Both the position numbers and the translations under genes were made by a program. DNA of 64,000 bases, taken from Paenibacillus sp. GTDB lineage: Bacteria > Bacillota > Bacilli > Paenibacillales > YIM-B00363. The notes under the pieces were generated by a model that worked only from the letters and a program-made list of their open reading frames with translations, was not told the origin of the DNA and searched no databases. How positions within the stretch are numbered: the first letter of the stretch is position 1; each line of letters starts with the position of its first letter. Location: contig JBEPYM010000003.1 in NCBI GenBank assembly GCA_041641375.1, positions 11,848-75,847 of the forward strand, in the 5' to 3' direction. Positions 7,774-16,776 of the stretch are shown in pieces.

Positions 7774-8103
7774 TTATTTCTTCTTGAATTTGTTCTTCTT
7801 CAGTTGCTTCTTGCGCCGATTAAACTTTTGATTTACTTTTTGCAGCATGTCCTTCACTGGTGTTAGATCCACATGCTTTTTAATTTCGCGCCTTGGTTCG
7901 TCTGACACTAACGAATAGAGCGTTATAACTGTTCGGTTGATATCCCCATCATGGAACACGACAGTTAGATTAGTACCGTCTAAAATAAGTTCGTGTGTAC
8001 CAGGCGATAAAGGAATCTTTTGCAATCTCGCAATAACCCATGGTTCAGGTATTTTGCGTTGAACGCACCTGAGCTTTGCGTGTTTGGTGAACTTGATTTT
8101 CAT
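7774..8103 (-). CDS. DUF4258-like (RelE/BrnT-fold) protein
   Basis: 'IKFTKHAKLRCVQRKI...VVF...VITLY' pattern. Confidence 0.55.
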   Translation of the reverse strand: MKIKFTKHAKLRCVQRKIPEPWVIARLQKIPLSPGTHELILDGTNLTVVFHDGDINRTVITLYSLVSDEPRREIKKHVDLTPVKDMLQKVNQKFNRRKKQLKKNKFKKK

Positions 8104-8153
8104 GGCATCACTCCCTTCAAAATAAAAAGCCTCCTGTTAAGGAGACTTAGATT

Positions 8154-8309
8154 CTAATGATTATTCATGATTTCGTTTACTCGGTATTTTATGATTTCTT
8201 TAACTTGATCAATCGTACATTCTTTTAGAGAAGGGACTCGTTCCATTATCATAGCGGCTAAGTGTTGCAGCTGTGCTTCACAGCCTAAATCCATCACTAA
8301 CTTTTCCAT
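8154..8309 (-). CDS. Small phage protein (51 aa), not in ORF track
   Basis: RBS AGGAGG; MEKLVMDLGCEAQLQHLAAMIMERV... Confidence 0.5.
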   Translation of the reverse strand: MEKLVMDLGCEAQLQHLAAMIMERVPSLKECTIDQVKEIIKYRVNEIMNNH

Positions 8310-8421
8310 TTGCCCTCCTGATAAGGGCAGCCCACACTTTTAAATTCTGTAGGTATGTATTATAATGTAGGTGTGGGCGATAGCCCCGTGTTGTTTACTC
8401 TCTCCTAGTCCGCCAAGACAA

Positions 8422-9141
8422 TCAGGAGAGATTTTCTTTTTTCTTAGGGAACCACCCTTGGATGAAATCAATGGCCTGCTCAAAATCTTTGCGTGCGATC
8501 TTATCGTATTTAGACACCGAGAAGAAAGTATTTAAATCCCCATAACACCCTTGAAAGTGCGCGTCGATCGTCTGAGACTTCAGTTTACCAACTCGCGATT
8601 TAACCGCATCCCGTATATCTGACTTTTGATGCTCAGTGATCCATACTTCGTTATCCACTACAAGCGAAAGATGTTTCATATCTTTACGAAGTTCTTCATT
8701 CTCAGCCTGTAACTCAGTTTGTCTTGATTCTAGTTCGTTTTGCCGTTGTTCAGTAATGATCATGAATTGAAGTTGTGGACTAAGGGCATATATGTCTGGC
8801 TGAACTTTGTTCGATTGCTCTACTTTTTTGAAGTAGTCATCAACCAGTTGACCGTATGCATTCCAAGCTTTGTCTGTGTTAAGTGATTTGGCGTGGAGGA
8901 ATGCGCCTTTCTCTGTCCATAAATATAGCGTATGGGTTTTTTTCAAAGAGGCATGAATTTCACAGTCCGTCTTAAAGTCCCTTAGTTCATCTCCACGTAA
9001 AACAAAATAGTGTTTGCCCTCTTCATAACGGTTCTTGTTGTAGTTATAGTTATAGTTTATCTTCCCAATATCCGCTCCGAAAGCCTCCGCAAGATCAGTA
9101 CTGAGTACAACCCTCTGATTATTCCTCTCAATAACCTTCAT
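8422..9141 (-). CDS. ORF6N/ORF6C-domain antirepressor-type protein
   Basis: 'QRVVLSTDLAE..RYEEGKHYF..LYLWTEKGAFLHAKSLNTDKAW' (ORF6N) and 'FSVSKYDKIARKDFEQAIDFI' (ORF6C-like). Confidence 0.85.
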   Translation of the reverse strand: MKVIERNNQRVVLSTDLAEAFGADIGKINYNYNYNKNRYEEGKHYFVLRGDELRDFKTDCEIHASLKKTHTLYLWTEKGAFLHAKSLNTDKAWNAYGQLVDDYFKKVEQSNKVQPDIYALSPQLQFMIITEQRQNELESRQTELQAENEELRKDMKHLSLVVDNEVWITEHQKSDIRDAVKSRVGKLKSQTIDAHFQGCYGDLNTFFSVSKYDKIARKDFEQAIDFIQGWFPKKKENLS

Positions 9142-9161
9142 TTTCCTTCCTCCTTTTAAGT

Positions 9162-9176
9162 CACCCTAATTGGGTG
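9162..9176. promoter_or_regulatory. Operator-like palindrome CACCCTAATTGGGTG
   Basis: Near-identical copy at 9429-9443. Confidence 0.6.
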
Positions 9177-9183
9177 TATACTA

Positions 9184-9390
9184 TTACACAGCATCGTCTA
9201 GCAATTCGTCGATACAACTTACTTTGAACAGCGTCTTGAGTTTCTTGGCTATGTCTATCGACATGCCGCGCTGACCAGTTTCGATCTTTGCATATCCCGG
9301 ATAGGACATACCTAGATATTCAGCAACTTCACGTTGACTCAAGAAATTTGTTCTGCGAAGTGCTTCAATCTTATTTTTGGGTTGTGCCAT
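9184..9390 (-). CDS. XRE/Cro-like HTH regulator (second immunity region)
   Basis: 'LSQREVAEYLGMSYPGYAKIETG' HTH_3. Confidence 0.85.
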   Translation of the reverse strand: MAQPKNKIEALRRTNFLSQREVAEYLGMSYPGYAKIETGQRGMSIDIAKKLKTLFKVSCIDELLDDAV

Positions 9391-9428
9391 TTAGTCTCAC
9401 CTCCTGTTCCTATCTGAGTACAATATAT

Positions 9429-9443
9429 CACCCTTATTGGGTG
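9429..9443. promoter_or_regulatory. Operator-like palindrome CACCCTTATTGGGTG between divergent HTH genes
   Basis: Matches 9162-9176 at 14/15. Confidence 0.6.
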
Positions 9444-9470
9444 CATGTCAATACACAAGTGGGGTTATTT

Positions 9471-9905
9471 ATGTCAATTTTTAGCGAACGCATTAAATGG
9501 CTTAGAGAAAGAAAATCTTTAACGCAAAAAGAGATGGCTGAAAAGCTAGACATCTCCCGTTCAAACTATAGCAAGTATGAATACGGTCAAAGGGAACCAA
9601 CCATTGAAACACTAGCAAAGTTACCCGGTATATTAGGAGAGTCTGTAGACTTCATAATTGGCGTTACTGATTTCACCAACAATGCCGGAAAGATTTATGG
9701 CAGCTTCGAAGAAGCGTCTTCCGTAGCTAGCGTTGTTAAAACAGAAAAAGAGCGTACGCTTTGGATAGAACGAATGGAGATGTCTCGGGATCTGCTTCTC
9801 AATCTGCTGAACGAGACACCATTCGTTAAAGAATCAACCCTCAGTCATATAAGGGAAAGCGATGGTTGGTTATTTGAAAAAGGAAAATCAAAAGACCCCT
9901 CATGA
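9471..9905 (+). CDS. XRE-family repressor (second immunity region)
   Basis: 'LTQKEMAEKLDISRSNYSKYEYGQREP'; likely start ATG 9471. Confidence 0.85.
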   Translation: MSIFSERIKWLRERKSLTQKEMAEKLDISRSNYSKYEYGQREPTIETLAKLPGILGESVDFIIGVTDFTNNAGKIYGSFEEASSVASVVKTEKERTLWIERMEMSRDLLLNLLNETPFVKESTLSHIRESDGWLFEKGKSKDPS

Positions 9906-9950
9906 CGAAGGGTCTCTTTTTGTGGTAATATGTGACAAAAAGGACGTGAT

Positions 9951-10310
9951 TTGGTGAACGATGACGAAAAGTTGGATCTGATACTAAATAAGTTATCTGC
10001 TATGGAATCCAGAATTGAAAAAGTAGAGAACAAATCCATTAACGTAAACATCGCTTCTGATCCCATTAGAGAAGAAAAGAGAGATGATTCGCGATATTAT
10101 TGGACTGTCGGAGTGCTTGGTGTTATTGGATTTATTGTTTTGTATAACATCATTCTTTTTGTGGTAGAAGTTTACATGGGGATCATTGAACAAAACAAGG
10201 CAATGACCACCTCATTCATCATCTCTGCATTTGTTACACTCATATTTTGTTATACATTAATCATGAACAGAAAAGAAAAAAGCGAAGAGCGGTTATCATC
10301 TGAAAAATGA
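9951..10310 (+). CDS. Two-TM membrane protein; candidate superinfection exclusion factor
   Basis: Two hydrophobic helices; opposite strand to late genes; function from position only. Confidence 0.55.
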   Translation: MVNDDEKLDLILNKLSAMESRIEKVENKSINVNIASDPIREEKRDDSRYYWTVGVLGVIGFIVLYNIILFVVEVYMGIIEQNKAMTTSFIISAFVTLIFCYTLIMNRKEKSEERLSSEK

Positions 10311-13300
10311 TGATCCGCTCTTTTTAATCTCATTAACCGTTCTCGGCTTTTGTCCCTCTTGCTGTTCGATGTATTTCATTAAGTCCTGCAATGAGCGAAG
10401 CTTTTCAAGTTGTTGATAGTATTCTGACTTCTCCGCATCGAATTCTTTAACCATGTTCCTAATGCCCATCGTCGGTGCTCTAAACTTCGTATCCTGATCC
10501 TCTTTGTCAGAACCTTGTAAATACCCAGCTAACGCCCTTCCTGTCGGCCCTGCTAAAGACTCCAGCAAATACGCATTCGTTGCGTCGATGCCATACTTCT
10601 CTTCGCCCTCGAATTTCTTAATAGGCTTATCGAAATAGAAGTTCCGGTTCAGCGCAATCTCTGCCGGGAGTTTCGCTATAGGGGTTGTAGCATCCAACAG
10701 AAGCTTGCTTGGATTAGATAGCTTGGTAAGGTCACTCAACGGCAACCCAAGCCCTAGATAGTTACCTTTCCCTCCGCTACCAGATACAGGGATGGCAAAC
10801 TGTTGCTTCATCCACTCCGGCACATTCTCTTCATCAAGGCCAACAGCATCCTGCGCGTTCAACCTTAGTTTGTTTATGGCAATATATTTCCTGGGATCGC
10901 TAGTGAATTGCTTTAATTGGTAAGGTATATTGTTTCTCATCCAACGGTAAAACGGTACTATGCGAGTAGCAACTTCGCTTTCGAATGCAGTTGTATTGGT
11001 ATAATCGAACTGCGTTTCTTTCACCTTAGCCGCTGCTTGTTCTGCTGTCATACCCTTATCCCTAGCCCACTTGTAAATAGAAAAGCGGTTCGTTTGGTCA
11101 ATGAAGTTTCCGAAATCTCGGGACGTTTCAAAGGCGTTTAAAGGGTTCTTCAAAGTCTTTGCCTCTGCCTTAATGCGTCCCTTCAGCGTTCCGTCAAACT
11201 GACTACGCTTTTCAATGGTTTTCCTTATCGCATCCTCCGGTTCTTGGCCCCTCCTAGCAAACTCGATAGCCGATAGGTTAGATGATCCTAAGCCCTGCTC
11301 ACGATATTCCCGGTACAGTGGAGATTCTTTTTGTTTGATTATGGCATTGTATACTTCGATGTCCGCTTGCTTTGTGTACTTAGCTATATCAGGAAGACTC
11401 ATTCCGCCAACCCAGTTGTTGAATTTGGCTCCTATATCGTTTCTAAGGTGATAAGGGATAGAGAATAGGGCAAGCCTCTTCCAACCGCTCTGTACGGTGT
11501 CTATGGCTCTTAGGAAGGAGTTAACACCTTCGTCAGTTGTCATCTTCTGGTAACGGTCTAGGGCTTGTTTGACGGACTTAGTTACAAGGTATTGGCCGCC
11601 TATCTCCTCTACAGCATTGGAAGCTCCGGCGATATCGTCAGCGTCCTTCATGAACTTGTAGTTATTAGTATCAATGACAACGGCGTTTGTCGGAACATCC
11701 ATGCCTTTTTCGTACTTCTTTGCAAAATCGCCATTGGTTAAAACTTGTTTGCGGAAGGTGACGGCGTTTACGTATTCAATTAACTTTTTCTGACCGATTG
11801 CAGTGGCATAGAAAGCGTTTGGCTCAAACATCGTTCTACCAATGCGCTCGTTAACGTCTTCTGCCGATCCCATCAGTTCACGTTGCTTTGTGACGCTCTT
11901 GCTAGGCTGTCCTAGCCCTGAATTCCCACGATCCACCGTAGTCATTTTACTGCGTCTTAGGCGCTCTTCTGCGGCGAGTACATGGGTCATGTAACCCTCT
12001 AATTCACCGATAGGAATACCATTTTGAAGCGCCATGTCTCTAATTTCGTCATTGCTCTTTACTAATGTTTGAGCTGCCTGCTTTACTCCCGATTCATTGG
12101 ATAGTGCTCTTTCCGGTCTAGCTATCTCGCGTTGGACGCTGACGGGGTTCTGCATGGACGTGCGAAGCGCTTCATTGTCCTGTGATAGTTTACCTATCCC
12201 TGTTACTTGCTCCGCTCCTGTGGAGCTTCTAGCCACCCTCAGACCGTCAAGCGCTGTCTTAAGTTCGTCCCGTTGCTTCAGCATCACATTAAAAGCAGGG
12301 CTAACACCGACTTTAGACATTGCTATTTCTTGCGACAGAGCCGCCGGATTAACAGGACCTTTCTTTCTTTTGCCCAACTGGCGTAATGCGGAATTCTCTT
12401 TCGAGAAGTACATGCGTCGAATTTTGTTATCCAGTTTTCCAAGGTCGTCCGCTGCCTTGGTGATCTCCTTATCAATCGCCTTACGCGATTCCCTAACCAT
12501 CGTTCCTAATTCCTTAACCCGTTGCTTATTGCCGATGATCTCATTCTTTATTTCTCGCCTGCTCGTTGTCCTGCGGACACCATCGGGAAGCTCGAACATT
12601 TTAACATCTTCAAATTGACGTAAAGGCGCCTCCATAATGCGACCAACGTCGGTACCTTTTTCGACGCCTCCCGCTAACTTGGCGGCATCGGAAATCTTTT
12701 TAACGCTTTCCTCAGTTTGGAAACGAATCTTGTTCTCCGTCTGAGTCTTGAGGTTTTTAATAGTCGGGTTAATAGTTCCTTGGAGTGTTTCGTCAAGTTT
12801 GTAGTCAGGCACAAACATGCGTCCTAGACCGTCCTTAGTACCCGCTAGAGCAGGTTTAACGATGTCCTCTGTAATCTTGGGGGCAATCTTAGTTGAAGCC
12901 TTCATAACGCCACTACCGACCGCCTTCGTTCCCTTCCCTACCATCTGACCAACCTTAGCAAACTGCGCTCCAGGAACGTATGTGAGAGGGTCTAGACCAA
13001 CGTCTACACCCAATCCCACCAACACTTTACCCAAAGGATCTTTTATTCCTGCGGTTTCGGCTAATTGCGAACCTGTCACTCTTTCTTGTCCACTAAAACC
13101 TTTCCACGCTGCCTGTAGTGGATCTCCACCTTTTAGGCCCGCGTTTGCGACACTTGTTATGCTTCTGAGCGGTCTTGAGATAATGTCTAAGGTATCAAAG
13201 AATCCGTTCTGACCTTGTGGGAGATTCGTTGCTTTCTCGAACCAATTCCGCTTGTCTGCATCTTGCAAGTCATATCCGGCATCTTGTATCCGTGTTAAAG

Positions 13301-13415
13301 CATTATCGATTTGATTATTTACACCTGAAGTATTGAACCCCCCATCATCGGAAGACGGGGATGTAAAAAACGAACTACCACTTTTTTTATTGCTGTTACT
13401 TGTGAAAAATGGCAA
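10296..13415 (-). CDS. Large internal virion / DNA ejection protein
   Basis: 1039 aa, helical, Gly/Ala/Lys-rich, last virion gene of a module with no tape-measure protein. Confidence 0.6.
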   Translation of the reverse strand: MPFFTSNSNKKSGSSFFTSPSSDDGGFNTSGVNNQIDNALTRIQDAGYDLQDADKRNWFEKATNLPQGQNGFFDTLDIISRPLRSITSVANAGLKGGDPLQAAWKGFSGQERVTGSQLAETAGIKDPLGKVLVGLGVDVGLDPLTYVPGAQFAKVGQMVGKGTKAVGSGVMKASTKIAPKITEDIVKPALAGTKDGLGRMFVPDYKLDETLQGTINPTIKNLKTQTENKIRFQTEESVKKISDAAKLAGGVEKGTDVGRIMEAPLRQFEDVKMFELPDGVRRTTSRREIKNEIIGNKQRVKELGTMVRESRKAIDKEITKAADDLGKLDNKIRRMYFSKENSALRQLGKRKKGPVNPAALSQEIAMSKVGVSPAFNVMLKQRDELKTALDGLRVARSSTGAEQVTGIGKLSQDNEALRTSMQNPVSVQREIARPERALSNESGVKQAAQTLVKSNDEIRDMALQNGIPIGELEGYMTHVLAAEERLRRSKMTTVDRGNSGLGQPSKSVTKQRELMGSAEDVNERIGRTMFEPNAFYATAIGQKKLIEYVNAVTFRKQVLTNGDFAKKYEKGMDVPTNAVVIDTNNYKFMKDADDIAGASNAVEEIGGQYLVTKSVKQALDRYQKMTTDEGVNSFLRAIDTVQSGWKRLALFSIPYHLRNDIGAKFNNWVGGMSLPDIAKYTKQADIEVYNAIIKQKESPLYREYREQGLGSSNLSAIEFARRGQEPEDAIRKTIEKRSQFDGTLKGRIKAEAKTLKNPLNAFETSRDFGNFIDQTNRFSIYKWARDKGMTAEQAAAKVKETQFDYTNTTAFESEVATRIVPFYRWMRNNIPYQLKQFTSDPRKYIAINKLRLNAQDAVGLDEENVPEWMKQQFAIPVSGSGGKGNYLGLGLPLSDLTKLSNPSKLLLDATTPIAKLPAEIALNRNFYFDKPIKKFEGEEKYGIDATNAYLLESLAGPTGRALAGYLQGSDKEDQDTKFRAPTMGIRNMVKEFDAEKSEYYQQLEKLRSLQDLMKYIEQQEGQKPRTVNEIKKSGSSFFR

Positions 13416-13435
13416 TATCCTCGCCTCCCGATTGA

Positions 13436-15112
13436 TTATTTAAACATCCCGCTAAAATTGAATGGATTCCATGACGGCGTGTACTTCGAACCAAATACAG
13501 ATGTGCCTTGCTTCTCTTTAGGTGTTGAAGGATCTAGCTCAGGGTGAAGCATATACAGAGATTTTTTAAGTTTATCGCCATTGCTTTTATCCTCTAACCC
13601 CAACTTAACTTTATCATCAATTATCTTGATCAAATCTGCGGGGTTAGTGCCATTGGAAATCTGTCCATACATAGCGTTAAGGTCTTCTTTGATTCCGGAA
13701 TCGTTCATGCCGCTAACATCAATCCCATAACCACTCATGTAGGAAGGCATCTGGCCTGTGGATTTATATGCCTCCATTCCTTGATTAAACTTGTTTTGAT
13801 CCAAGCTCTTTGCATCCTGTTCCATTTGGTAATCAAACTGCTTATCTCGGAACGCTTGATTAGCAATAAACTCTTGCTGATTTTGATTGAGATTAGCCCA
13901 CTGAAGACCACGGGAAGCGGCGGCTTCTTTAACGCTCTGATTAAATGATTTGTCTTTGAATGTTCTTTCCCAAGCATCAGATGCTTTTTGGTAGTCGAAC
14001 TGCCCTTGAGCGAAGGCGTTAGACCACTGCTGTTGCGCTTGCTGTGCATCATAATCCCGTTGATCCACCTGCTTACCGTATTCAAACTGTTTAGCTTGCA
14101 TCGTCTGACCCCCACCCGCACTAGATGGGAGCTGACCACTCAGCCCCGATAATCCTAGTTGATAGTTTTGATCTGCTGTTTTAGCAGCCAGCGTCTGCCC
14201 CATTCCATCTGGCAAAACACCGCTGATCTGTGACAAGTTCAGTCCGTAGTCGCGCTCCATGCGTTTAAGTTGTTGGAACAAGGCTTGTTGCTGTTCCGGT
14301 GCCAACCTGTCAAAGTCTAGCAACTGCTGTTGTACGCTCGTTAATTCGTTGTTAAACTGTCGTTCTGTGGCTCCGTCTTCTATGGTGCGTTGTCTGCCGA
14401 TTAACCCCTGTTCATAACCGGTACGTCCTGAAAATGGATTTACCTTCTGCGACTTTTCGAAGTCCTCTAGTGTGCGGTTATCTTGCGTACCTTGCTTTGA
14501 ATAGTCGTATCCCGCTTTCAGGCTTGAGATAAATTTATCTACACCTTGCTGTAGCCCTGCGCGTTGTTTATCGATGTTCGCTTGTGATTCGCGTTGGAGG
14601 TCGGGAACTGTTGCCACGCTCATGATAGATTGCGGAGGCGTATACCCACCGCTTGGGAGGGCTTGCGCTTTTACTTCTTGTTGCATTGGTAATGCAGATA
14701 CACCCTTCACACTGTCGTAGGATGCCCCTTGTACGCCGCTGCGTATTTGCTGTCCTAGTGCCGCTGCCGCTGACATTCCCGCTGTATCACCTGACGTCTT
14801 CGCTGTAGCCCATTGTTGACCTGCGTCTGCTAAGGCGGTATGTTGCTGATTGTTAGCGTCAAAGTTGGCTATGTTGGAGCCGTATGCAGGGGGTGTATAC
14901 CCTGTTGATTGTCCTGCAGACATTCCTTGTGTAGAGCCTGTTTTATTCGGTGTTGAGATACTAGGCACGACTCCAAGAGCTGCACCCACGCCTGTTTTCG
15001 CGGCTTGTGCAGACATTCCAGCACCAACACCTGAGTTATTAGCGCCTGTAACCGACCTGACTCTCGCTAGCTTATCTGCCTGAGATAATGATTTATAGTC
15101 AGCGAATGCCAT
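13436..15112 (-). CDS. Gln-rich internal virion / DNA pilot protein
   Basis: Low-complexity N-terminus and 'QQQWSNAFAQGQFDYQK'-type repeats. Confidence 0.55.
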   Translation of the reverse strand: MAFADYKSLSQADKLARVRSVTGANNSGVGAGMSAQAAKTGVGAALGVVPSISTPNKTGSTQGMSAGQSTGYTPPAYGSNIANFDANNQQHTALADAGQQWATAKTSGDTAGMSAAAALGQQIRSGVQGASYDSVKGVSALPMQQEVKAQALPSGGYTPPQSIMSVATVPDLQRESQANIDKQRAGLQQGVDKFISSLKAGYDYSKQGTQDNRTLEDFEKSQKVNPFSGRTGYEQGLIGRQRTIEDGATERQFNNELTSVQQQLLDFDRLAPEQQQALFQQLKRMERDYGLNLSQISGVLPDGMGQTLAAKTADQNYQLGLSGLSGQLPSSAGGGQTMQAKQFEYGKQVDQRDYDAQQAQQQWSNAFAQGQFDYQKASDAWERTFKDKSFNQSVKEAAASRGLQWANLNQNQQEFIANQAFRDKQFDYQMEQDAKSLDQNKFNQGMEAYKSTGQMPSYMSGYGIDVSGMNDSGIKEDLNAMYGQISNGTNPADLIKIIDDKVKLGLEDKSNGDKLKKSLYMLHPELDPSTPKEKQGTSVFGSKYTPSWNPFNFSGMFK

Positions 15113-15131
15113 GTTATCAACTCCCTTTAAT

Positions 15132-15749
15132 TTAAATGCCTGACCTCTTCATAAATGCTTTAATGTCATCCAATTGAATGCCGTAGATAAAGTAAGGTGC
15201 TTCGATTCGCTTTGCCTTGACCACTCCGATTACTTTACCTTCCGAATCAATCATAGCCCCGCCTGAATTTCCGCTATTTGCATAGACGTTCGCCACAATG
15301 AAACGATCCATATCCTTTTGTTTGCTGATAATTCCACCAGTAACGGCAAAGTCCACAACGGCGCTGCCGATTACATAAATATCCTGCCCTACTCTAACGT
15401 CCTTTCCAAGGCTCAGAGGTTCGCCCTCACAGTCTACCTTGACCAAGGCAAGGTCTAATACTTGATCGTGATAGTCAAGTTTTCCAAGGCATTTCTGACC
15501 GTCTGAGCGTGTGATTGATATATCCTTCATGCCCGGCACGAGTACGACGTGCGAGTTAGTGATAATGTGGTTTTTGGCAACAAAAAAACCCGAACCATTT
15601 GCGGTAAGGGTTACGTTAATTTTGACCGTTGCTTTAACGGCGTTTTGTATGGCAGAGATTCGTTTCTCTTCGTCGCTTGGTTCGTCTGCGCTTGTTTGGT
15701 ATGGGATGATAAAGAGAAGGATTATGATAGAAATGATTAGTTTTTTCAT
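15132..15749 (-). CDS. Secreted trypsin-like (S1C) serine protease
   Basis: Signal peptide; triad motifs ITNSHV, DLALV, GNSGG; no PDZ domain. Confidence 0.88.
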   Translation of the reverse strand: MKKLIISIIILLFIIPYQTSADEPSDEEKRISAIQNAVKATVKINVTLTANGSGFFVAKNHIITNSHVVLVPGMKDISITRSDGQKCLGKLDYHDQVLDLALVKVDCEGEPLSLGKDVRVGQDIYVIGSAVVDFAVTGGIISKQKDMDRFIVANVYANSGNSGGAMIDSEGKVIGVVKAKRIEAPYFIYGIQLDDIKAFMKRSGI

Positions 15750-15883
15750 TTCATGCGCTCCTTATGGAGTTTCATTTTTTGATGATGTATAGCAAAAGAA
15801 TCGCTCTGCCAATCTCCTTCTCGTCGATGGAAGTAACGTATAACCTTGTGATATAGATATGCTAGGTAATGGCATGGTTTCAT
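15746..15883 (-). CDS. Small basic protein (45 aa), not in ORF track
   Basis: RBS AGGAGG; stop overlaps protease start (ATGA). Confidence 0.45.
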   Translation of the reverse strand: MKPCHYLAYLYHKVIRYFHRREGDWQSDSFAIHHQKMKLHKERMK

Positions 15884-15926
15884 GTATCCTCCTGCGTATA
15901 ATTCTCTAGCTTGTGGCTTTTAAATC

Positions 15927-16646
15927 TCAAACATTCACGAATTCTTCTATTTGTTGTTTCCAAATCATATAACCTTCAGCATTTAAATGTATTCCATCAA
16001 AAGCGTGCTTTTTGTCCAAATGGTTTTTGTTGTCCACAAATACAGAATATAAGTCTATATAATTTAGATCTCGTTCTTCTATTATTTTCTTTAACCCTTC
16101 ATTAAACTCAATTATAATTGATGGCTTAACCCCATTTCTAATAATGTCATTATTAATAGGAAGTGTACTATGAACAAAAATTTCTGTCTTAGGTGAATTT
16201 TTCTGAAAAATATCTAGGATTGTTTTGTAATTATCAAGTATTTGCTCAATAGTTATGTGATTTGATAAATCATTAATTCCAACCATTATAAATAATTTTC
16301 TCGGCTCCAAAAAAGTTATGTTTCCTACCCTCTGCAAAACACCAAAGGAAGTATCTCCCCCGATCCCTCGGTTTAGAATGTGGGAATTGTTAAAGATTTC
16401 TTCCCACATACCATTTCCTACATGACTATCTCCCAAAAAAATTATTTTGTTTTTTTTACTTTCGTCCGAAAAAGCCTCAAACATTTTATTTCTTCTTTCA
16501 TAATTAGAATCAACTATCTCATTTTTTCTAAAAAGTATCCTCAGTTTGCTTGCGCACCACCCCGGACCTTTTAATGATAAAACAGCCAAAATTCCTATTA
16601 CTAGCATTAAGTTAATCAAAACGGATGCGTAAAATATATTTTCCAT
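15927..16646 (-). CDS. Membrane-anchored SGNH/GDSL esterase (AT-rich moron)
   Basis: FLGDS, NRGIGGD, GINDL, DGIH blocks; N-terminal TM; visibly more AT-rich than neighbours. Confidence 0.88.
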   Translation of the reverse strand: MENIFYASVLINLMLVIGILAVLSLKGPGWCASKLRILFRKNEIVDSNYERRNKMFEAFSDESKKNKIIFLGDSHVGNGMWEEIFNNSHILNRGIGGDTSFGVLQRVGNITFLEPRKLFIMVGINDLSNHITIEQILDNYKTILDIFQKNSPKTEIFVHSTLPINNDIIRNGVKPSIIIEFNEGLKKIIEERDLNYIDLYSVFVDNKNHLDKKHAFDGIHLNAEGYMIWKQQIEEFVNV

Positions 16647-16776
16647 ACTATATAATCACTCCTTATAAGTAGTGATTATATAGTATTTTTCAGAAAATAT
16701 CTCCGATTCTTTTCCGCGCATTACACTGTCTCTACCGTTGTTTTTAAACATGGATGAATGGTTAGTATTATAATAT

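Noticed and set aside
10296-13415. Tape-measure protein
   Set aside because: No TMP repeats or TM cluster, no tail tube or chaperone genes, and it lies after the tailspike
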